Shown piece by piece: positions 13,532 through 19,307 of a stretch of 19,307 bases of DNA (positions are counted from its first letter, which is position 1; each line of letters starts with the position of its first letter). The notes under the pieces were generated by a model. It worked only from the letters and a program-made list of their open reading frames with translations. It had not been told where the DNA came from and did no database searches. The position numbers were made by a program, and so were the translations under genes. Origin of the DNA: Candidatus Nanopusillus sp. GTDB lineage: Archaea; Nanobdellota; Nanobdellia; Nanobdellales; Nanobdellaceae. The stretch covers positions 1 to 19,307 of the forward strand of contig JAPWTZ010000010.1 of assembly GCA_028275775.1 (NCBI GenBank), in the 5' to 3' direction.

Positions 13532-16500
13532 TATTTAGCCTATAAAATATTCTCATTTCATATATTCTTTCTACATTGTTTAAGCCATCATTTGAGTCTT
13601 TTATTGTTATTGTAGTATCAGTATCTTTTTCTAAAGCATCTTTATATTTCTTTATTATATTTAATAGCTTTTCATCAGCATATATTTCTATATTTGCCTT
13701 CTGTCCCTTTCTTAATTTGTTTTCCTTTCTTATATCTTGTAATCTTCTTCTTATTTCTCTATATAACCATTCCTCCTCTAATTCTGGATAATATTTTGTA
13801 TCAAGTCCTATTTTTATAACTCCATAATCAGATTGTGCATTTACAAAATCTTTTTCTACATTATCAATCTTTATTTCTTTTACATTTAAATAATCTTTTA
13901 ATAATTCTACAATATCTTTATTATTTAAAATTTCAAATAAAATGCTTCCATCTTCTTTATATAAGTATAATGTTTTTAATGGTCTTCTTATATTTATATT
14001 TACCATATTCCTTAATTTTAATGCATTTTCTACAATTATATTAAATAATTTATATTCTTTTTCTATTTTTTCATCTATATATTCTTCCTCAACTTTTGGT
14101 AGATCTTCTAATATTATTGATTCTCCTTCTAATCCATATAAATTTCTTAATCTTTGATAAATATATTCTGAAATAAATGGAATTATAATTGATCCAATAT
14201 TTATTATATTGTATAGAGATTTATATATTACAAATAATACTTTATCAGGTTCTTTCTTTATTCTTTCTCTTGTTGCTTTTATATAAAATCTTGATAATTC
14301 TAATATCATATCTTGTAATATTCTTCCAGCCTTCCATATTAAATAATTATCTAGTGCATTGTATATTTCTTTTTTGCTTTTTTCTATGAAATGTAACATA
14401 TATCTATCTTCCCATCTTAAATCTTCTACATTTATTTTTGCAGGATTTATATTATAATATTTAGAATATTCTTCTAAATATGTTGAAATATTTAATAATG
14501 TATTTATTACTTGATATTTAACTTTTATATCTTCCCATTTTAATTTTATATCTTCATATGCCTCCACAATTGATCCTAAATAAAGTCTCATAGTATCTGC
14601 CCCATATTTATTAATTATATCATATGGAGAAACAACATTTCCCAAAGATTTTGACATTTTTCTTCCATATACATCTAAAACATATCCTCCAACATATACA
14701 TTTTTATATGGTATATCATTATAGTATAATTCTCCAATCATTGCTAAAGAATAGAACCATCCTTTAATTTGGTCATAATTTTCTGTTATAAAATCTACAG
14801 GATATGTATCTGTTGCTACTGTTGCTGAACCAGAATCAACCCATACATCTAATATATCTGGAATCCTTTTCATTTCTTCTCCGCAAATTTCACATTTAAA
14901 TGTGAATTTATCTACATATGGTCTATGTAAATTGTAATTATATAAATATATTATATCATAATCTCTCGATCCATATGTTCTTACATAATATAGATCATTT
15001 ATTTGATTTAATATATCATATTTAAAATTATTTACAATTATTATAGATTTATCTTCATATTTATTAAATACATCATATAGTTTATTTAAATCATTTATTT
15101 CATCTTCATAATATATTTTATTTTCTTTAAAATATCTTGATAATAATTTTTCAGCATAATCTGTAAACTTTACTACTATTATTATCTCCTTAAATTTATA
15201 TCCAGTTAATTTTTCTAATTCTTTAATATTTCTAACAAATTTTACATGTCCATTTTTATCAACCCACATTGGTATTGGAATTCCCCAATATCTTTGTCTA
15301 GATATTACCCAATCAGGTGCAGATTTTACTGTATTTATAAATGCATTTTTTGCTGCTTCAGGTATAAAATTAATATTTTCAATATCTAATAATGCCTTTG
15401 ATTTCATTGAAGATATATTAATGAATAATTGTTCTGGGGATCTAACAATTACTCTATTTCTACATCTCCAGCATATTGGATAATCATGTTCATACCATTC
15501 AAAATATATTAAAGCTTTTTTCTTTAATACTTCTAATATAAATTTATAATCATCTTTCTTTGCAACCCATCCTTCAAAATATTTTATATCTAAAATGGTA
15601 CCAGTTTCATCTGTTGTATTGAATGGAGGTACATTATATTTTTTAGCAACTTCATAATCTTCAAAACCACAACCTGGAGCTGAATGAACTAAACCAGTAC
15701 CTTCCTGTGTATTTACATATTCTTTTGATAACCAAATCCTAAACACTCCACTACTTTCAGATTTAAACTTTTCTATATAATCTTTTAATTCATCATAGAA
15801 TAAAGGTTCATATTCTTTAAATTCTAAATCTTTCCCATAAAATTCATCTACTATTTCATATTCAATATTTAACTTGCTCATTAATTTTTCTAATACATCT
15901 TTTGCAACAATCCAATATTCATAACCATTTTCTCTCTTAATATTCATTTTTATAATTTTATGATTATTATAATCTAATTCTAATTCTTCAACATATATTT
16001 TTGGAACTTTTGCTTTTACGTATTTTAATTCAGGATTTACCATAATTCCTAAATTATATAATAATGTCCAGGGGGTTGTTGTCCAAATTATATAATATGT
16101 ATTTTCCATATCTTTTGATTTAAATTTTACATAAATTGCATTTGATATTTCTTTTTTATATAAGGGATCTTCATATCCCAAATCTATCTCTTGTTTTGAT
16201 AATGATGTTTGACAATGAGGACACCACCAAACAGGTTTCTTTTCTTTATATATTAATTTATTTTCATAACCCTTTGTTAAAGCTTCCCATACTTTTTCAA
16301 TAAATTCATTTTTAATTGGTAAATATGGATTATCTATATCCTGCCAATGTGCCATATCTTCATAGAATTTTGTAAATTCATTCATTGATCCATATGCAAA
16401 ATTAAAACATTCTTTAATAAATTTATCAACCCCAATTTTCTCTATTTCCCTTTTATCCCTAATATTTAAATTTTCCTCAACCTTTACTTCAATTGGTAAT

Positions 16501-16745
16501 CCATGCATATCAAAACCAGCCTGATTCCATACATTAAATCCCTTCTTTTGATAATATCTTAATACAATATCTTTAATTGTTCTATTATATGCATGTCCCA
16601 TATGTGGAGAACCTGTTGTATATGGTGGACCCTCTAAAAATATATATCTTTTATTTTTTTCATTCTTTAAAATCCATTTTTCATATATATAATTTTCCTT
16701 CCAAAATTTCTTTATCTCTTCTTCTATATTTCTATTCCAATTCAT
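13524..16745 (-). CDS. ileS: Isoleucyl-tRNA synthetase
   Basis: The class I HIGH motif is PPYTTGSPHMGHAYN and the KMSKS motif is GRKMSKSLGN. The editing-domain TTPWTL and the IleRS-typical DWVISRQRYWGIPIP are present, as is DVWVDSGS. The protein is 1073 aa. Confidence 0.93.
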   Translation of the reverse strand: MNWNRNIEEEIKKFWKENYIYEKWILKNEKNKRYIFLEGPPYTTGSPHMGHAYNRTIKDIVLRYYQKKGFNVWNQAGFDMHGLPIEVKVEENLNIRDKREIEKIGVDKFIKECFNFAYGSMNEFTKFYEDMAHWQDIDNPYLPIKNEFIEKVWEALTKGYENKLIYKEKKPVWWCPHCQTSLSKQEIDLGYEDPLYKKEISNAIYVKFKSKDMENTYYIIWTTTPWTLLYNLGIMVNPELKYVKAKVPKIYVEELELDYNNHKIIKMNIKRENGYEYWIVAKDVLEKLMSKLNIEYEIVDEFYGKDLEFKEYEPLFYDELKDYIEKFKSESSGVFRIWLSKEYVNTQEGTGLVHSAPGCGFEDYEVAKKYNVPPFNTTDETGTILDIKYFEGWVAKKDDYKFILEVLKKKALIYFEWYEHDYPICWRCRNRVIVRSPEQLFINISSMKSKALLDIENINFIPEAAKNAFINTVKSAPDWVISRQRYWGIPIPMWVDKNGHVKFVRNIKELEKLTGYKFKEIIIVVKFTDYAEKLLSRYFKENKIYYEDEINDLNKLYDVFNKYEDKSIIIVNNFKYDILNQINDLYYVRTYGSRDYDIIYLYNYNLHRPYVDKFTFKCEICGEEMKRIPDILDVWVDSGSATVATDTYPVDFITENYDQIKGWFYSLAMIGELYYNDIPYKNVYVGGYVLDVYGRKMSKSLGNVVSPYDIINKYGADTMRLYLGSIVEAYEDIKLKWEDIKVKYQVINTLLNISTYLEEYSKYYNINPAKINVEDLRWEDRYMLHFIEKSKKEIYNALDNYLIWKAGRILQDMILELSRFYIKATRERIKKEPDKVLFVIYKSLYNIINIGSIIIPFISEYIYQRLRNLYGLEGESIILEDLPKVEEEYIDEKIEKEYKLFNIIVENALKLRNMVNINIRRPLKTLYLYKEDGSILFEILNNKDIVELLKDYLNVKEIKIDNVEKDFVNAQSDYGVIKIGLDTKYYPELEEEWLYREIRRRLQDIRKENKLRKGQKANIEIYADEKLLNIIKKYKDALEKDTDTTITIKDSNDGLNNVERIYEMRIFYRLNIL

Positions 16746-16767
16746 AGATCCGATATTCTACCATAAG

Positions 16768-16778
16768 TTTATATATTT
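16768..16778. promoter_or_regulatory. Shared or bidirectional TATA-like element TTTATATATTT between ileS (minus) and the small ORF (plus)
   Basis: It is centred about 28 nt upstream of the ileS ATG at 16745. The adjoining TTTAAAATAAA (16776-16786) lies about 30 nt upstream of the plus-strand ATG at 16811. Confidence 0.35.
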
Positions 16779-16810
16779 AAAATAAAGCATATAAGATATT
16801 TTCTTACATA

Positions 16811-16969
16811 ATGATTATGATAAAAATAAATAGAAAAGATATGATAATATTTGGGATAATAATTTTGTTAGTAATTTTAACTTATATATTAACTCATTCA
16901 AAAACTCTATCAGTAATACCATTTATAATGGGAATATTTTATTTACTTGAAAGTAATGAATCTAAATAA
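16811..16969 (+). CDS. Hypothetical 52-aa two-helix membrane protein; missing from the supplied ORF track
   Basis: The ORF runs from ATG 16811 to TAA 16967-16969 and translates to MIMIKINRKDMIIFGIIILLVILTYILTHSKTLSVIPFIMGIFYLLESNESK. It has two hydrophobic segments and sits in an otherwise unexplained 252-bp gap, 28 nt upstream of the DsbA-like gene. No homology is recognised. Confidence 0.35.
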   Translation: MIMIKINRKDMIIFGIIILLVILTYILTHSKTLSVIPFIMGIFYLLESNESK

Positions 16970-16970
16970 A

Positions 16971-16978
16971 TATAAATA
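16971..16978 (+). promoter_or_regulatory. TATA-like box TATAAATA for the DsbA-like gene
   Basis: It is centred about 24 nt upstream of the ATG at 16998. Confidence 0.35.
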
Positions 16979-16997
16979 TTTTATTAAAATATTTTGA

Positions 16998-17915
16998 ATG
17001 GAAAATGAAAAAGAAAAAAGTCAAGAAAATAATGAAAAGGAAGAATGGAAATTTAATCTTGGTTTGGAGAAATCAATAATAATAGGATTTATAATATTGG
17101 CAATATCAATAATTTTAGGAGCTTATATTATAGCAAATTCAATATCAAATATAAAAATATATCAATCATCTAGTAGTTCTTCAAATGAATTACAATTATA
17201 TTTACAAACATTACCACAAGCCCCATTGCCAAATATTACAAATATAGATCCAGTATATGGAAATCCAAATAGTACAAATGTTATTGTATATGAATTCTCA
17301 GATTATGCATGTCCATATTGTGATCTATTTTATTTACAAACATTTCCACAAATTTTGCAAAATTATATAGATAATGGAAAAATATCATGGGTATATGTTG
17401 TTTTCCCATTATATCAAATACATCCATATGCAAATATAACATCACAATATTTAACATGTGTATATGAATTATATGGATTTAATACATGGGAAGAATTTGC
17501 AAACTGGAGTTGGTATAATCAAATGCAAAATATATCATGGGATACTTTCTCAAGTCAGCAAGATGTATATAATGCATTTAATGAAGAAGCTCAAGCTTTG
17601 GGATTAAATGTTAATGAAATAGACTCATGTGTAAATAGTTCAGAATATTATTATCAGATATATAATCAGGAAAATTATGATGCAAGTGAATATGGAATTG
17701 ATGGAACTCCAACATTTATAATAGCTGTAAAGACATCTTCCATTACATTCCAAACAATACAGCAAGTTAATAATGCATTAAATCAATTAAAACAATATGG
17801 ATTAAGTCCTTCAGTATATACAACACCAGATTATAGTTATATAATGTTTGAGTTTGCAGGGGCTTTACCATATAGTTTCTTTAATAATATATTACAACCT
17901 TTAGTATCTGGCTGA
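16998..17915 (+). CDS. Membrane-anchored DsbA-like thioredoxin-fold thiol:disulfide oxidoreductase
   Basis: A charged N-terminus is followed by a TM helix (IIIGFIILAISIILGAYIIANSI) and a poly-Ser linker. Then come VIVYEFSDYACPYCDLFY (CPYC active site in the DsbA-type context) and GIDGTPTFII (the cis-Pro loop region). Confidence 0.75.
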   Translation: MENEKEKSQENNEKEEWKFNLGLEKSIIIGFIILAISIILGAYIIANSISNIKIYQSSSSSSNELQLYLQTLPQAPLPNITNIDPVYGNPNSTNVIVYEFSDYACPYCDLFYLQTFPQILQNYIDNGKISWVYVVFPLYQIHPYANITSQYLTCVYELYGFNTWEEFANWSWYNQMQNISWDTFSSQQDVYNAFNEEAQALGLNVNEIDSCVNSSEYYYQIYNQENYDASEYGIDGTPTFIIAVKTSSITFQTIQQVNNALNQLKQYGLSPSVYTTPDYSYIMFEFAGALPYSFFNNILQPLVSG

Positions 17916-17916
17916 A

Positions 17917-17927
17917 TTATATATAAA
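17917..17927 (+). promoter_or_regulatory. TATA-like box TTATATATAAA for the aEF-1alpha gene
   Basis: It is centred about 29 nt upstream of the ATG at 17951. A second AT box, TTTTTATAAAT at 17930-17940, is nearer and therefore less likely. Confidence 0.35.
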
Positions 17928-17950
17928 TTTTTTTATAAATATAATCTTAA

Positions 17951-19282
17951 ATGGCAAGAGAAAAGCCACATATTAATTTGGTAGTAGTAGGGCATGTAGA
18001 TAATGGAAAATCAACATTAGTAGGAAGGCTAATGGTATCTTTGAATTTAATAGATCCGAAGCTATTAGAAGAACTAAAAAATATAGCAAAAGAATTTGGA
18101 AAGGAATCAGAATATTTAGCATTCTTATTAGATAAATCAATAGAAGAAAGAAAAAGAGGGGTAACAATTGATGTAGCTGCAATTAAAATACCTGCAAAGA
18201 AATATATGTTAACAATATTGGATGCTCCAGGTCATAGAGACTTTATAAAGAATATGATCAGTGGTACTGCACAAGCAGATGCTGCAATATTAGTAGTTTC
18301 TGCAGCACCTGGTGAAGCAGAAACTGCATTGGGTCCAGAAGGACAGGGAAGAGAGCATTTATTGTTATTAAGAACATTGGGAATTCCACAAATTATTATT
18401 GCAGTATCAAAAATGGATGCTGTAAATTATGATCAAAATAGATATGAGCAGGTAAAGAATATGGTATTAACATTAGCAAAACAAATTGGTTATACTGAAA
18501 AACAAATAAAAGCAGTTGTTCCAATTGCTGCATTCTTATCAGATGAAAATGTAACACAAAAATCACAAAAGATGCCATGGTATAATGGTCCAACAATATA
18601 TGAAGCATTTGATCTATTAGAAGAACCTCCAAGATTGGTAGATAAACCATTAAGAATACCAATTGGTGATGTATATAATATTAAAGGTGTAGGACTTGTA
18701 CCAACTGGAAAAGTAGAATCTGGAAGATTAAGACCAGGTGATAGGGTAATATTCTTACCATCAAAGAAACCAAATGGTGTTGTAGGTGAAGTAAAATCTA
18801 TAGAAATGCATCATGAAAGATTGGATGAAGCATTACCAGGAGATAATATTGGATTTAATGTTAAAGGACCTGAAAGCGGTGATATATTAAGAGGAGATGT
18901 ATGTGGAAAATTGGGAGAACCATTACCAAAGTTGGCGGAAGAATTTACTGCAAGAATTTATGTATTATATCATCCATCTGCAATTGCTGTAGGATATACA
19001 CCAGTAATACATATACATACTGCAGCAGTAGCATGTAAAATTGTAGAAATACAATCAAAAATAGATCCAAGAACTGGACAGGAAGTTGAAAAGAATCCAC
19101 AATTCTTAAAGACTGGAGATGCAGCAATTGTAAAGTTTGTACCAACAAAACCATTAGTAGTAGAAAGATTTGAAGATTTCCCAAATACAGCATTAGGAAG
19201 ATTTGCAATTAGAGATATGAATAAAACAATTGGAATAGGACAGGTATTAAGTGTAAAAGAAAAGCAAATACAACTAAAGTAA
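17951..19282 (+). CDS. tuf: Translation elongation factor aEF-1alpha (EF-Tu family GTPase)
   Basis: KPHINLVVVGHVDNGKSTLVGRL (G1), RGVTID, DAPGHRDF (G3) and SKMD (G4) are present, with domains II and III conserved to the C-terminus. The gene is markedly G+C-richer and has a less K/N-biased codon and amino-acid profile than its neighbours, as expected for a highly expressed conserved gene. Confidence 0.95.
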   Translation: MAREKPHINLVVVGHVDNGKSTLVGRLMVSLNLIDPKLLEELKNIAKEFGKESEYLAFLLDKSIEERKRGVTIDVAAIKIPAKKYMLTILDAPGHRDFIKNMISGTAQADAAILVVSAAPGEAETALGPEGQGREHLLLLRTLGIPQIIIAVSKMDAVNYDQNRYEQVKNMVLTLAKQIGYTEKQIKAVVPIAAFLSDENVTQKSQKMPWYNGPTIYEAFDLLEEPPRLVDKPLRIPIGDVYNIKGVGLVPTGKVESGRLRPGDRVIFLPSKKPNGVVGEVKSIEMHHERLDEALPGDNIGFNVKGPESGDILRGDVCGKLGEPLPKLAEEFTARIYVLYHPSAIAVGYTPVIHIHTAAVACKIVEIQSKIDPRTGQEVEKNPQFLKTGDAAIVKFVPTKPLVVERFEDFPNTALGRFAIRDMNKTIGIGQVLSVKEKQIQLK

Positions 19283-19307
19283 TTTTTTAATTTTATTTTA
19301 AATAATT
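19283..19307 (+). terminator. Oligo-T terminator candidate after aEF-1alpha
   Basis: TTTTTTAATTTTATTTTAAATAATT starts immediately after the TAA at 19280-19282, giving a T6 run followed by two T4 runs. Confidence 0.4.

Noticed and set aside
14946-15194. Intein within IleRS.
   Set aside because: The insertion is only about 70-80 aa. It lacks an N-terminal Cys/Ser, a C-terminal His-Asn plus Cys/Ser/Thr junction, and endonuclease motifs. Its composition looks like an expansion segment.
578-19208. All the 60-90-aa ORFs in the track that lie antisense to, or out of frame within, the large genes (578-763, 1155-1343, 1361-1558, 3119-3301, 6456-6644, 10513-10698, 10879-11061, 11578-11805, 12006-12242, 12520-12750, 13576-14389 group, 17973-18182, 18396-18662, 18945-19208).
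   Set aside because: They are fully nested in well-supported conserved genes. They translate to low-complexity L/F/I/Y/H-rich strings with no motifs. They are the expected shadow ORFs of AT-rich coding sequence.
17951-19282. The higher G+C and different amino-acid composition of the aEF-1alpha gene as a sign of horizontal transfer.
   Set aside because: Strong purifying selection and codon bias in highly expressed, highly conserved translation genes explain it. The gene has a native-looking promoter and terminator context.
1-19307. Stop-codon reassignment or programmed recoding.
   Set aside because: TAA, TAG and TGA all terminate well-supported genes (for example 1621 TAA, 8015 TAG, 8776 TGA). 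None of the conserved proteins contains an in-frame stop or an obvious frameshift.

Overview
This is a very AT-rich (by eye about three quarters A+T, not computed), tightly packed archaeal chromosome segment. The archaeal assignment rests on TBP, aCPSF1/FttA, proteasome beta, aEF-1alpha, ABCE1 and archaeal-type IleRS. Proteins are K/I/N-rich and several are minimal versions: a 592-aa cysteine-free type IA topoisomerase, a 359-aa GH1-like protein and a half-length NFACT protein. Together these suggest a reduced-genome, DPANN-like archaeon; this is inference, not proven. All three stop codons are used and no conserved ORF is interrupted, so the standard code applies. I support 20 CDS, two of which are absent from the supplied track because they are under 60 aa. 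In order they are: ABCE1 (5'-partial), a DUF5679-like zinc ribbon, an NFACT-N protein, a permease-methyltransferase fusion, a GH1-like glycosidase, topoisomerase IA, a DUF4234 membrane protein, vapB, vapC, a PAP2 phosphatase, tmk, aCPSF1, psmB, tbp, ileS, a 52-aa membrane ORF, a DsbA-like oxidoreductase and aEF-1alpha. I found no rRNA, tRNA, CRISPR array, transposase or integrase. Most of the window is housekeeping, and I cannot demonstrate a clear-cut new multi-gene system. The best candidates for follow-up are listed here. (1) The only long ORF-free gap (8779-9254, just downstream of vapBC) carries two separate structured repeat sets. (2) A polytopic APC-permease-like domain is fused to a class I methyltransferase with a degenerate SAM loop, and is co-oriented 4 nt upstream of (3) a truncated or split RqcH/NFACT homologue. 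(4) A perfect 16-bp-arm TATA palindrome lies between that gene and an unannotated zinc-ribbon gene. Almost every gene has a TATA-like box centred about 23-30 nt upstream of its ATG, consistent with leaderless transcripts.
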